The notes under the pieces are model-generated. The model was given only the letters and a program-made list of their open reading frames with translations. It did not search any database and had not been told where the DNA came from. Below are positions 11,042 to 20,978 of a stretch of DNA of 64,000 nucleotides, one piece after another. The stretch is taken from assembly GCA_009773495.1 (NCBI GenBank), contig WSXW01000008.1, positions 64,050-128,049 of the forward strand, in the 5' to 3' direction. A program made the position numbers and the translations under genes. This DNA comes from Bacillota bacterium. Lineage in GTDB: Bacteria; Bacillota; UBA994. Numbering within the stretch: the stretch's first letter is position 1; every line of letters begins with the position of its first letter.

Positions 11042-11124
11042 CTGTTTCCATGTCCACTTTTTATCGCTAAGAAAAGCCCCCAGCTGTAAATGCCGCGAAG
11101 CAAACAAATTGAATGGAGTAGAAG

Positions 11125-11721
11125 TTGAGTATGGCTGATGAAGTTACCATAAGGAGAACAGTTAGAGACTACTTAAAAGTTAAGCGAATTATAGATATGG
11201 TTCTCTCACTGATAGGGTTAATAGTCTTGTCACCGCTATTTTTAATTACCATACTTGCTATAAAGCTTGACTCCACAGGACCTATACTGTTCACACAAAA
11301 GCGCATCGGGATACATAAGTGTCATTTTAATATATTAAAGTTCCGTACCATGAGGATAGATACACCTAAAGACACACCAACTCATCTACTTGAAAATCCA
11401 GAACAGTACATCACAACTGTGGGTAAATTTCTGCGAAAGACGAGCCTTGATGAGTTGCCCCAGATTATTAATATACTGTGTGGAACTATGTCAATAATCG
11501 GTCCCCGCCCCGCTCTATGGAATCAGTATGATTTAATTGCGGAACGAGACAAATATAGTGCTAATGATGTGCCACCAGGGCTCACAGGTTGGGCGCAGAT
11601 AAATGGTCGAGATGAACTTCCTATTGAGGTTAAGGCCAAGCTTGATGGGGAGTATGTTGCGAGAATGAGCTTTATATTGAAGGTGGGACTGGAACGACAG
11701 GGAAGACGGATGTCTGCATGA
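11125..11721 (+). CDS. sugar phosphotransferase (PglC/WbaP C-terminal-type, initiating undecaprenyl-phosphate glycosyl-1-phosphate transferase)
   Basis: 198 aa with a single N-terminal TM helix and the bacterial sugar-transferase core (KRIIDMVLSLIGLIVLSPLFL, PGLTGWAQING). Confidence 0.8.
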   Translation: MSMADEVTIRRTVRDYLKVKRIIDMVLSLIGLIVLSPLFLITILAIKLDSTGPILFTQKRIGIHKCHFNILKFRTMRIDTPKDTPTHLLENPEQYITTVGKFLRKTSLDELPQIINILCGTMSIIGPRPALWNQYDLIAERDKYSANDVPPGLTGWAQINGRDELPIEVKAKLDGEYVARMSFILKVGLERQGRRMSA

Positions 11722-11740
11722 CGAAGGAGACTACGTCAGG

Positions 11741-12553
11741 ATGAAGAAGATACTTGTGACGGGAGCAGATAGTTACGTAGGGACGGCTTTTGAGAGATGG
11801 CTTTCACAGTATCCTGATGAGTATTCTGTCGATACCATTGATATGAGGGATAATGTTTGGCAAGACAAGCCCTTTGAAGCGTATGATGTGGTACTTCATG
11901 TAGCTGCAGTTGTTCATAAAAAGGAAAGCCCTAAAATAGAAAGTATATATTTAAAAGTGAATGTAGATTTGCCAGTTGCCGTCGCTAAGAAAGCTAGGGC
12001 GGCAGGGGTAAGACAGTTCATTTTCATGAGTACGATGGCTGTTTACGGCGAAGAAGGTGAGATCGGTCATGAGGTAATTATCACTAGAGACACTACACCC
12101 AATCCTAAGACGTATTACGGGAAGAGCAAACTTGCAGCTGAATATGAGCTGAACAAGTTGGCTAATGAAAACTTCAAAATTCTGGTCTTAAGACCCCCTA
12201 TGATTTATGGGTCAAATTGTCCTAGCAATTACGCTAAACTGGTGAAGCTAGCAAAATTAACGCCTATTTTTCCTATGATTGAAAATAAGAGAAGCATGTT
12301 GTATATTGATAAACTATGTCAACACCTCAAGGGGCACATCGATAAGGAATCTAAAGGATTGTTTTTTCCACAAGACAACGAGTACTGGAACACAAGCTTG
12401 CTGGTGAAGAAGCTTGCTGAGCAAAGTGGCAAGAAGATTTACTTGTCTGAATCAATGGGGTGGTTGATAAGGCTCATTGGTGCCCGATCAGGGGTAATAA
12501 AAAAAGTTTTTGGTAATTTGGTGTACGAGCGCGAAGAGGCGGAAAATGGCTAA
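11741..12553 (+). CDS. NAD-dependent epimerase/dehydratase family protein (sugar-nucleotide reductase; substrate unknown)
   Basis: 270 aa with a Rossmann N-terminus (VTGADSYVG). Sits in the glycan locus; AT-rich. Confidence 0.6.
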   Translation: MKKILVTGADSYVGTAFERWLSQYPDEYSVDTIDMRDNVWQDKPFEAYDVVLHVAAVVHKKESPKIESIYLKVNVDLPVAVAKKARAAGVRQFIFMSTMAVYGEEGEIGHEVIITRDTTPNPKTYYGKSKLAAEYELNKLANENFKILVLRPPMIYGSNCPSNYAKLVKLAKLTPIFPMIENKRSMLYIDKLCQHLKGHIDKESKGLFFPQDNEYWNTSLLVKKLAEQSGKKIYLSESMGWLIRLIGARSGVIKKVFGNLVYEREEAENG

Positions 12554-12572
12554 TAAAATGGCTCACTGTTAT

Positions 12573-12710
12573 GACCATAGACCCTAGCCTTACAGGTTGC
12601 ACTCCGCTAGACTTGATTAAGTCCCTAGAGAAACACAACATCGAATCCCGCCCAGTGTGGAAGCCCATGCATTTACAACCGGCTTGTGCCTACCTTCCGG
12701 GTCCAGTCTG
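12573..12710 (+). pseudogene. DegT/DnrJ/EryC1/StrS aminotransferase C-terminal remnant (about last 45 codons only)
   Basis: Translation LDLIKSLEKHNIESRPVWKPMHLQPACAYLPGPV* matches the conserved C-terminal ...R..Y.P.HLQPAY motif of sugar aminotransferases. No upstream body is present. Confidence 0.55.
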
Positions 12711-12899
12711 ACCATTGCCTACCCAGAGGGTCAAACGAATATCCTATACCGACCTAATGGAGGAGTTTCGTGACCGCGGTCATAAGGTGTGCGTAGTATG
12801 CTCGAGGGATAGGCGCTACAAAAATGCTACCCTGTTTGAAGTAGGGTGGTAGGGACTGGCGCGTGAGCACTCTACCACCAATAGCAGAGGAGGACCCAC

Positions 12900-13670
12900 A
12901 TGAAAGTAGTTATTCTAGCTGGTGGATTCGGAACTCGGATTTCTGAAGAAACGCACCTCAAACCAAAGCCCATGATTGAGATAGGTGAAAAACCGATCTT
13001 ATGGCACATCATGAAGATTTATAGTTATTATGGTTTCAACGAATTCGTCATATGCCTAGGGTTTAAGGGGTATGTCGTCAAAGAGTATTTTTATAACTAT
13101 TTTTTGCATAACTGCGACGTCACTTTCGACGTTCGAACACAGGGGATGGAGATACACCAAAACTCGGCCGAGCCCTGGCGGGTAACGCTAGTCGATACAG
13201 GTCCAGCTACCATGACGGGTGGACGTGTGAAACGGATTAAGCCATACGTCAAAAATGAGACTTTCATGCTCACTTATGGAGATGGGGTTGCTGATATAAC
13301 TATCCCTGCCCTGCTAGAGTTTCATCGCCGCCATGGCAAGATGGCCAGCGTAACGGCTGTGCAGCCATCAGGCCGTTTCGGAGCGATGCATATAAGTGAA
13401 GACCAAATGGTGCAGGCATTTCAAGAAAAGCCTGAGGGAGATGGCGGCTGGGTTAACGGGGGTTTTTTCGTGTTCGAACCTGGCGTTTTCAACTATATCG
13501 ATGGAGATCAGACCATCCTTGAAAGAGACCCACTTGAGAAGTTAGCTACTGACGGACAGCTTCAAGCTTATAAGCACGCGGGGTTTTGGCAGCCGATGGA
13601 CACTCTGCGCGATAAAACTCGCTTGGAGGAATTATGGCAAAACAATAAAGCCCCTTGGAAGGTGTGGTGA
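12900..13670 (+). CDS. rfbF: glucose-1-phosphate cytidylyltransferase
   Basis: 256 aa with the N-terminus MKVVILAGGFGTRISEETHLKPKPMIEIGEKPILWHIM characteristic of RfbF/DdhA. RBS gaggagg. Confidence 0.85.
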   Translation: MKVVILAGGFGTRISEETHLKPKPMIEIGEKPILWHIMKIYSYYGFNEFVICLGFKGYVVKEYFYNYFLHNCDVTFDVRTQGMEIHQNSAEPWRVTLVDTGPATMTGGRVKRIKPYVKNETFMLTYGDGVADITIPALLEFHRRHGKMASVTAVQPSGRFGAMHISEDQMVQAFQEKPEGDGGWVNGGFFVFEPGVFNYIDGDQTILERDPLEKLATDGQLQAYKHAGFWQPMDTLRDKTRLEELWQNNKAPWKVW

Positions 13671-14800
13671 GCAAGATGGTATCACACGCAAGGCGACAAC
13701 TTTTTGATGACATCTACCGGGGCAAGACGGTCTTAGTCACGGGGCATACCGGCTTCAAAGGCTCGTGGCTAGCATTGTGGCTGCATTCGCTGGGTGCCAA
13801 AGTGGTTGGGTATGCATTGGAGCCGCTCACGGACCCAAGCATGTTCAACGCCATAGACCTACCCACGAAGATTACTCACATAATCGGAGATGTGCGTGAT
13901 TTTGGTCACCTTTCTGCGGTCATGGAAACCCACCAGCCGCAGATTGTGTTCCATCTGGCAGCACAGCCACTGGTACGCTTGTCCTACCGTGAGCCTCAGC
14001 TAACATACGAGACTAACGTGATGGGCACAGTCAACCTCTTGGAAGCTGTCCGCCGCACATCCAGTGTGCGAGTCGTCGTGAATGTCACCAGCGACAAGTG
14101 TTACGAAAATAAGGAATGGGATTACAGCTATAGGGAAAATGATCCCCTGGGCGGCTTCGACCCCTATAGCTCCAGCAAGGGTTGCGCCGAGTTAGTGTCA
14201 GCGTCCTATCACAGGTCTTTTTTTAACAATCCAGATAGTGTACACATGGCCTCGGCGCGGGCCGGAAATGTGGTTGGCGGTGGAGACTGGGCCTCAGATC
14301 GCATCGTTCCGGATTGCATACGTTCGTTGCAGAGCAGCGCGCGAGTTGTTTTGAGAAACCCTCAGGCGATTCGCCCTTGGCAACACGTTTTGGAGTCACT
14401 TTCAGGGTATCTTTGGTTGGGGAATCTGCTCTGGGTGAAAGGGCATGCGTACAGCGGTCCGTGGAATTTCGGCCCCGAACCAGGAGGCAACATCACAGTC
14501 CAAGAAGTGGTGGAGAAGATTATCAAGCACTGGGGAGAAGGCGCCTGGGGTGGAGACGCGGACACGAGTCAACAACTTCATGAGGCCAAGTTTTTAAAGC
14601 TCGACTGTACGAGGGCCAATAATCTCTTAAAGTGGTTTTCGGTTTATGATATCGAACAGACTTTACGGGTGACAACCGCCTGGTACCGAGCATACTACTG
14701 CAGCCACGGTAAGATGTGGGAACACTCACTCAGGGACATCGAGGAGTATGTGGAAGCGGCATCAGTGAAGAAACTGGCTTGGGTTGGTAAAACACTTTGA
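13655..14800 (+). CDS. rfbG: CDP-glucose 4,6-dehydratase
   Basis: 381 aa SDR-family protein (LVTGHTGFKGSWL, YSSSK) located directly after rfbF. Confidence 0.85.
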   Translation: MEGVVSKMVSHARRQLFDDIYRGKTVLVTGHTGFKGSWLALWLHSLGAKVVGYALEPLTDPSMFNAIDLPTKITHIIGDVRDFGHLSAVMETHQPQIVFHLAAQPLVRLSYREPQLTYETNVMGTVNLLEAVRRTSSVRVVVNVTSDKCYENKEWDYSYRENDPLGGFDPYSSSKGCAELVSASYHRSFFNNPDSVHMASARAGNVVGGGDWASDRIVPDCIRSLQSSARVVLRNPQAIRPWQHVLESLSGYLWLGNLLWVKGHAYSGPWNFGPEPGGNITVQEVVEKIIKHWGEGAWGGDADTSQQLHEAKFLKLDCTRANNLLKWFSVYDIEQTLRVTTAWYRAYYCSHGKMWEHSLRDIEEYVEAASVKKLAWVGKTL

Positions 14801-14824
14801 TAAGAATTTCAGGGAGGAAGACGA

Positions 14825-16207
14825 TTGCAACGACTAAATAACGAACAACCGAACAGCCAGCATATGAGCCGAGAACAATTAAACGTGGCACAACTAAGGC
14901 AAGAGATTCTTGACAAAGTGGCGCACTATTACGACTTGGCGTATGCTACGAAAAACTTCTTCGTTCCCGGGCAATCCCGCATTCCTTACGCAGGTCGGGT
15001 TTTCGATGCGACCGAGATGGTCAATCTCGTTGATTCAGCCCTTGAGTTTTGGTTGACACATGGCCGTTTTGCCCAAGAGTTTGAAGCCAAACTAGCCACT
15101 TTTCTGGACGTAAAATACTGCTGCTTGGTCAATTCCGGATCATCGGCTAACCTGCTGGCTTTTATGGCTTTGACGGCCGACAATCTAGGGCGAAGAAAGA
15201 TCGAGCGCGGAGATGAAGTAATCACCGTCGCGGCCGGTTTTCCCACCACAGTGACCCCCATTATTCAATATGGTGCCATTCCTGTATTTGTCGACATCGA
15301 ACTTGCTACGGCAAATATCGATGTTACCCAACTGGAGTCGGCCTTGAGCAAAAAGACCAAGGCTGTGATGATCGCCCACACTTTGGGCAACCCCTTCGAT
15401 ACTCGGGCGGTAGTGGATTTTTGCCGGAAACATGATTTGTGGCTGATCGAAGACAATTGCGATGCCTTGGGGTCGACATACGAGGGTAAGTACACCGGTA
15501 CATTCGGCGACATCGGAACCAGCAGCTTCTATCCTCCCCACCATATGACGATGGGAGAAGGGGGAGCGGTCTACACCAAAAACCCGCTACTTGCCAAGAT
15601 AATCTTGTCCATGCGAGATTGGGGAAGAGACTGCGTCTGCCCGTCAGGCGTTGATAACATGTGCGGTCATCGCTTTGATCGGAAGCTTGGGGAACTCCCC
15701 CTCGGCTATGACCACAAGTACGTGTACTCACACTTGGGCTACAACTTAAAGGCGACGGACATGCAGGCGGCTGTGGGTTGTGCGCAGTTGGATAAATTGC
15801 CGTCTTTCATATCCGCCCGTCGAAGAAACTGGAGGTTATTGCGAGACGCTCTGACCGACTTGTCTGATGTGTTCATCCTTCCAGAAGCTACCAGGGGTTC
15901 AGACCCAAGTTGGTTTGGCTTCTTACTCACGGTGAGAGAAAATGCGGGTTTTACGAGAGACCAAATTGTGAAGCATCTTGAATCACGAGGGGTACAAACC
16001 CGAATGCTGTTTGCCGGCAACCTCATTAAGCACCCGTGCTTTGATGGGCTGAGATCCAGGGGTGAGGGATATAGGGTGGCAAGCGAACTCCGCAACACCG
16101 ACGCAATAATGAATCAGGCGTTTTGGGTAGGGGTTTATCCGGGGATGACGGAAGAGATGGTCCAGTATATAGCTAAGAGTATTAGAGATCTTGCTTGGGG
16201 TGATTAA
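14825..16207 (+). CDS. ddhC: CDP-6-deoxy-D-xylo-4-hexulose-3-dehydrase (E1; PMP-dependent DegT-fold with [2Fe-2S] motif)
   Basis: DegT-fold protein in which His replaces the PLP lysine ([14 protein letters not shown]). Exact C-X57-C-X1-C-X7-C spacing (DNCDAL...[14 protein letters not shown]), counted by hand. TTG start with RBS gggagga. Confidence 0.85.
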   Translation: MQRLNNEQPNSQHMSREQLNVAQLRQEILDKVAHYYDLAYATKNFFVPGQSRIPYAGRVFDATEMVNLVDSALEFWLTHGRFAQEFEAKLATFLDVKYCCLVNSGSSANLLAFMALTADNLGRRKIERGDEVITVAAGFPTTVTPIIQYGAIPVFVDIELATANIDVTQLESALSKKTKAVMIAHTLGNPFDTRAVVDFCRKHDLWLIEDNCDALGSTYEGKYTGTFGDIGTSSFYPPHHMTMGEGGAVYTKNPLLAKIILSMRDWGRDCVCPSGVDNMCGHRFDRKLGELPLGYDHKYVYSHLGYNLKATDMQAAVGCAQLDKLPSFISARRRNWRLLRDALTDLSDVFILPEATRGSDPSWFGFLLTVRENAGFTRDQIVKHLESRGVQTRMLFAGNLIKHPCFDGLRSRGEGYRVASELRNTDAIMNQAFWVGVYPGMTEEMVQYIAKSIRDLAWGD

Positions 16208-16212
16208 ATGAC

Positions 16213-16776
16213 ATGCGCATCGAGAGTACAGTGATCCCTGACTGCTACGAAATGCATCCCGTGATCCACACAGATAAGCGCGGCGTTTTTGTAAAGACAT
16301 TTTACGAAGACTTCTTCGCCAAGAACGGGCTGAAAACGAGCTTTGCGGAGGAATACTATTCGTGTTCATGGCGAGGCGTTCTCAGGGGGTTGCACTTTCA
16401 GGCCCCCCCCCACGATCATACCAAGTTGGTTTTCTGCGTATTAGGTGAAGTTCTTGATGCCGTTGTTGACCTCAGGGTTGGTTCTCCCACATACGGTAAG
16501 TTTGAAACGTTCAGGCTAAGTGCCCAGAAGGCAAACATGATCTACGTTCCTCAAGGGTTAGCGCACGGCTTTTACGTACTGAGCGAAAGTGCGATACTTA
16601 TGTATAAAGTAACGACCATACATTCGCCCGAGCATGACACAGGCATCCTCTGGAGTTCAGCCGGAATACCTTGGCCGTGCCTAAACCCCATAATGTCAGC
16701 CCGAGACAGCATGTTTCCACCATTAGCAAGTTTCGTTAGCCCGTTCAAATATTACTTCGGTTCCGGAGGTGAGTAG
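16213..16776 (+). CDS. dTDP-4-dehydrorhamnose 3,5-epimerase-like cupin (AscE-like sugar-nucleotide epimerase)
   Basis: 187 aa RmlC-fold protein (GVLRGLHFQAPPH, QGLAHGFYVLSE). Confidence 0.75.
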   Translation: MRIESTVIPDCYEMHPVIHTDKRGVFVKTFYEDFFAKNGLKTSFAEEYYSCSWRGVLRGLHFQAPPHDHTKLVFCVLGEVLDAVVDLRVGSPTYGKFETFRLSAQKANMIYVPQGLAHGFYVLSESAILMYKVTTIHSPEHDTGILWSSAGIPWPCLNPIMSARDSMFPPLASFVSPFKYYFGSGGE

Positions 16777-16779
16777 CAC

Positions 16780-17679
16780 ATGAATCCAAGAAAGGCCCTC
16801 ATTACGGGTGGCACGGGGTTTATTGGGTCTGCTTTATGTAGGCGCCTAGTGACCGATGGCTGGGATGTCCATCTGGTTGTGAGAAACGAATCTGCCTTAT
16901 CTCAACTTGATGGTATACTCGATCGGGTAACCTTGGGTGTTCACGATGGATCGACAGAAGGGATACAGGCCATTCTCCGGAAGGCGAAGCCGACAACGGT
17001 CTTCCACCTGGCATCCTTGTTTCTCGTCGAGCATAAACCAGCAGATATTGAAGCTCTTATTAAAAGTAACATTGTTTTTGGCACTCAGTTAGTGGAGGCA
17101 ATGGCGGCCAATGGTGTCTATGAACTGGTGAATACTGGGACATCTTGGCAGCATTTTGAGAGTCACGAATATGATCCAGTCTCCCTCTATGCTGCCACGA
17201 AACAAGCTTTCGAGAGCATTCTAACCTTTTATGTTAAAGTAACGCCTCTGCGTGTGATAACCCTAAAGCTGTTTGACACTTATGGACCTAACGACCCGCG
17301 CAATAAGCTCTTTAGCCTGCTACGACGCGCGGCGAAAACTCAAGTTCCTCTAGCTATGTCCCCTGGGGAACAGCTTGTGGATCTAGTGTATTTGGACGAC
17401 GTAATTGAAGCCTATCTTGAAGCGGCCCGTAGACTGAGCGACCCAGAGGTGCAGCAGGAAGCTTACGCGGTCTCCTCGGGGTGTCTTATTAGGCTAAAGG
17501 AGCTAGTGCAAATTTATGGCAGGGTAACAGGGATCCCGGTACCTGTTGAGTGGGGTTCTCGTCCTTATCGATTTCGTGAAGTGATGATTCCGTGGCACAA
17601 GGGGCTACCCTTGCCGGGATGGTTACCGAGAACCAACATCGAAGAGGGAATCAGAAGAATGGAGGGGATTTGTCGGTGA
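16780..17679 (+). CDS. NAD-dependent epimerase/dehydratase (candidate CDP-4-keto-3,6-dideoxyhexose 4-reductase, AscF/RfbS-like)
   Basis: 299 aa SDR-family protein (ITGGTGFIGSAL, YAATK) located directly after the E1 and epimerase genes. Confidence 0.65.
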   Translation: MNPRKALITGGTGFIGSALCRRLVTDGWDVHLVVRNESALSQLDGILDRVTLGVHDGSTEGIQAILRKAKPTTVFHLASLFLVEHKPADIEALIKSNIVFGTQLVEAMAANGVYELVNTGTSWQHFESHEYDPVSLYAATKQAFESILTFYVKVTPLRVITLKLFDTYGPNDPRNKLFSLLRRAAKTQVPLAMSPGEQLVDLVYLDDVIEAYLEAARRLSDPEVQQEAYAVSSGCLIRLKELVQIYGRVTGIPVPVEWGSRPYRFREVMIPWHKGLPLPGWLPRTNIEEGIRRMEGICR

Positions 17680-17784
17680 AGTGCCTCAAACCGTTAGTTA
17701 CAGTGGCCATTCCCACCCGCAATCGGGCTAACTACTTGCGGGAGGAACTCTGTCTTGGCCACCGTTCCCCGCAAAAGTGAAGCG
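17678..17784 (+). pseudogene. GT2 glycosyltransferase N-terminal remnant (about 34 codons)
   Basis: VKCLKPLVTVAIPTRNRANYLRE is a typical GT2 N-terminus, followed by a stop. The body is missing and an IS remnant follows. Confidence 0.4.
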
Positions 17785-17930
17785 GCACCCTTCTTTTTGA
17801 AGTATTTATGGCGGCACTACGATCAAAATTAGCACATTTTTGCTAAGGGGGCTCATTGCGCTGAAAAACAAAGACATTTGTCCACCCCAAAAATGGGGTT
17901 TGACAGACCCTAGAAACTCCTGTAAACCAT

Positions 17931-18611
17931 AAAATGGTTATCCATTTTACTCAGGTTGAGAAAACCCTTATAATTAGAGCATGAGAGAATATCCAATGAC
18001 ATTTGGTGAGTCTATCAAGCAATTTATGACAGAAGAACAATGCCGGGACTATCTTTACAGTTTAAGATGGCCAGATGGGTTTGTCTGTCCAAAATGTGGA
18101 CTGCATACAACGGCGTGGCCTGTGAGAAAAGTCTTGTATGAGTGTTCTGCCTGTGGTCATCAGGCATCTGTAATAGCTGGCACGGTTTTTCAAGATACCA
18201 GAAAGCCTTTGAGAGAGTGGTTTATAGCCATATGGTGTGTGTCCACGCAAAATAATGGGACAAGTGCAAATGGCTTACAGCAGGTTCTGGGTCTTAGGAG
18301 TTATCAAACGGTGTGGACTTGGTTGCACAAAATCAGAACAGCTATGGTCAATCCGAATCGTGCAAAATTAGCGGGTGATGTTGAAGTTGATGAAACCTAT
18401 ATTGGCGGGCTAGAAACTGATGGCAAACGCGGCAGAGGAACTGAAAACAAGGTTCTTGTTGCTATAGCTGTTGAACTCGTGACCAAAAACCTAGGGAAAA
18501 AGGAAAGAAGGACTATTACTGGAAAACGCTATGCAGATTTCTCCGACAACCTACAAAGACCTGATAAATCATGATTTTTAGCACTTACCTGAGTGAAGTG
18601 GATAACCATTT
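17931..18611 (+). mobile_element. internally deleted IS1595-family insertion sequence remnant (about 681 bp) with 26-bp terminal inverted repeats
   Basis: Left IR aaaatggttatccattttactcaggt (17931-17956) matches the reverse complement of the right IR (18586-18611; 23/26). Carries a truncated transposase ORF. Confidence 0.6.
17981..18574 (+). pseudogene. IS1595-family (ISXO2-like) transposase, C-terminally truncated (197 aa)
   Basis: Has an N-terminal zinc-finger (CPKCG...CSACGH) and conserved FQDTRKPLREWF / VEVDETYIGG motifs. The ORF is too short to contain the complete DDE domain expected of the family. Confidence 0.65.
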
Positions 18612-18998
18612 TAGCTATAATTAGCAAAAGGGGTATCCGCTTAGCTCCACCTCACGGACAACCGTGCCACCAAAAGGCGACTATTGCGGTCAAAACTGGT
18701 TCAATCTCCCACTTTCGGTGGGGTAGTCGCGTTTTTAGGAACACACGCTCCACAGGAGGAACTAAACGGATGATCCCCTATTATTGCTATTGGGGCTGTC
18801 TTTAAGGTTCATCAACTATTTTGTTGTTGGCTAGCGGCGTACTGCTTACGGGCTTTATCCTTGAATTCTTACAGGTACGACCTACGGTCCGAAAATGCTT
18901 TTCGGTGATATTTCCCTGGGTATGCAGAGATTGCGGGTTATCGGGCTTTTTTTGCCTGGTTTTCGTGGAGGAATATTCTGGATGCTTCAGACAGAGAG

Positions 18999-19892
18999 AT
19001 GGTCTCCAAAGTGGTGCAATTTATGGCAATAGCCGAGGGAGCGCAGGTTAAAGTGCCTAAAGTAAGCGTGTGTATACCAGTCTATAATGGTGAGCTATTC
19101 ATTGGCGAGGCGATTGATTCAGTTCTCAAGCAGGATTATGATGCTATTGAAATCATAGTGAATGACAATGCCTCCACGGATAAGACAACAGATATTGTGC
19201 GTTCTTATATTTTACTTCAGCCGGATAAGATTCGGCTATACGAAAATGAGAGCAATATTGGGATGGCCAATAATTGGAATAAAGTTATAAATAAATCGAC
19301 CGGTGATTACTTTGTCCTACTTAGTGCCGATGACACACTTAGACTAGGCATGATCCGCAGATGCATGGCTGTGATGGACGCATCGGTTGATGCTGTCAGC
19401 GTAGACCATTTTATTCAGGAAAGCCATGGTCTCAGGCTGCGGCGAGTTAAAATAAAGTCCGGCGAATATACAAACTGTGCCTCACTTATCATGATGAAAA
19501 ACCCATTCTCTATCAACTTTACGATATTTAACCGCTCCCGTGTGTGTGAAAAAATTGATTGCAGAAACTTTTTTTCTGTTACTTATCAAACATGTGATTA
19601 TGATTTATGGCTGCGGTTGGCATTAAGCGGTGCTACCATAAAATATATAGATGAACCCTTAGGAGTATATCGCGTACACGACACAAATCTGTCACACGAT
19701 AGACGAAAAATGAGACGGCAAACCTCGCTTGTTATTTTCAGGCACAGCGCTATTTTGCGTGAAAAAGCATGTCTGCCGTATAAGCTGACACTCTTTCGTT
19801 TTTTGATAAGAGTGATATATGATACAATATTGGTGAGGGGATTTGATAGTCGTCATTTCAAGATATTATTGCAAAGGCTGATATGGAGATAG
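18999..19892 (+). CDS. glycosyltransferase family 2
   Basis: VSVCIPVYNGELFIGEAIDSVLKQ...IVNDNASTD. The true start is possibly the ATG at 19023. AT-rich. Confidence 0.8.
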   Translation: MVSKVVQFMAIAEGAQVKVPKVSVCIPVYNGELFIGEAIDSVLKQDYDAIEIIVNDNASTDKTTDIVRSYILLQPDKIRLYENESNIGMANNWNKVINKSTGDYFVLLSADDTLRLGMIRRCMAVMDASVDAVSVDHFIQESHGLRLRRVKIKSGEYTNCASLIMMKNPFSINFTIFNRSRVCEKIDCRNFFSVTYQTCDYDLWLRLALSGATIKYIDEPLGVYRVHDTNLSHDRRKMRRQTSLVIFRHSAILREKACLPYKLTLFRFLIRVIYDTILVRGFDSRHFKILLQRLIWR

Positions 19893-19916
19893 TATGATAC
19901 CGGAGGGGTCTGAAAA

Positions 19917-20954
19917 ATGAGCATTAAGCTTTCTATTTGTATTCCTACTTACAACAGGTCGTCTTTTCTTACGTTTGCAGTAAATACAATAGGGCCGCAA
20001 TTGACAGACGGTGTTGAGATAGTGATTTCCGATAACGCTTCGTCTGATGACACTCAGGCTGTGGTCGGGGAACTGATGCAGCGATGGCCGGCGATCAGGT
20101 ATGTAAGGCAGGATCAAAATGTTGGCCTTGACCGTAATCTGCTTTATCTTGTAGAACAGGCCAGAGGCGAGTATTGCTGGTTTGTCAGTGATGACGATGG
20201 TTTTTGTGAGGGTGCTATCAGCACAATGCTTGGCGCTCTAGGCGATGGTTGTGATGTCTATATTTGCGGGACTAAAGGGCATTCCAGAGAAATGGCGTAT
20301 ATAGAAGACGACTTCCCTTTAAACGGCGATGGCAAGACTTTTGATCTTTCTGACCGGCGCCAGATGCTTGATTTTCTCAAATCTGCCAGAAGGCCTCCAT
20401 TTTCTTTCATTAGTGTGCTGTGTTTCAAGCGAGAAAAGTGGCTGTCGGTTCTGGACAAAAATGCTATGGTCGGGACTGTGTTTAATCATGTTTATTGTGT
20501 ATTTGCCATGGTTCAGAGCGGTCTTCTATTAAGATATGTCAATAAACCTTTGGTTATATTCAGAGCCGGCAACTGTGGATTTGGCAAAACTGGAATGGTC
20601 GAAAGATTTCTTGCTGATATAGGGGCATATATTCAAGTTGCAGAAAGATGTTTTGCACAAAAAAAAGATGTTCAAGAACTTCTCGTTTCCTTAGTTGCCC
20701 GTCAACATCCCATTTATAAATTGGCGTTTATGTTTTACCTTGCTAACTCCAAGCAAAAAGCACGGCTTAAGCAGGTTGTTAAGCGTGTTTATGGAAAGCG
20801 TGTGTATTACAGTAGCAGGTTTATGTCGCAGTTAGGCTCATTCTGGGTTATAATGTATTTTATAAGACAATGCGTTGTGTTGAAAAATGATGTTGAATTT
20901 GTTGAACTCTGGCGATCAGTTCGCGGCACTGCAAATAATCAAGGGTGGCATTGA
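19917..20954 (+). CDS. glycosyltransferase family 2
   Basis: LSICIPTYNRSSFL...IVISDNASSDDT. Confidence 0.8.
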   Translation: MSIKLSICIPTYNRSSFLTFAVNTIGPQLTDGVEIVISDNASSDDTQAVVGELMQRWPAIRYVRQDQNVGLDRNLLYLVEQARGEYCWFVSDDDGFCEGAISTMLGALGDGCDVYICGTKGHSREMAYIEDDFPLNGDGKTFDLSDRRQMLDFLKSARRPPFSFISVLCFKREKWLSVLDKNAMVGTVFNHVYCVFAMVQSGLLLRYVNKPLVIFRAGNCGFGKTGMVERFLADIGAYIQVAERCFAQKKDVQELLVSLVARQHPIYKLAFMFYLANSKQKARLKQVVKRVYGKRVYYSSRFMSQLGSFWVIMYFIRQCVVLKNDVEFVELWRSVRGTANNQGWH

Positions 20955-20978
20955 ACATAAAGAAAGAGGATAGGCAAT

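Noticed and set aside
12474-12668. 64-aa minus ORF
   Set aside because: Antisense to the epimerase 3' end and the DegT remnant; no features.
18620-18800. Possible tRNA-like or structured RNA right of the IS remnant (GGTTCAATC T-loop-like string, CCCAC-TTTCG-GTGGG hairpin)
   Set aside because: I could not assemble a cloverleaf with acceptor/D/anticodon arms on either strand; it is only a short hairpin with a weak U-tract.
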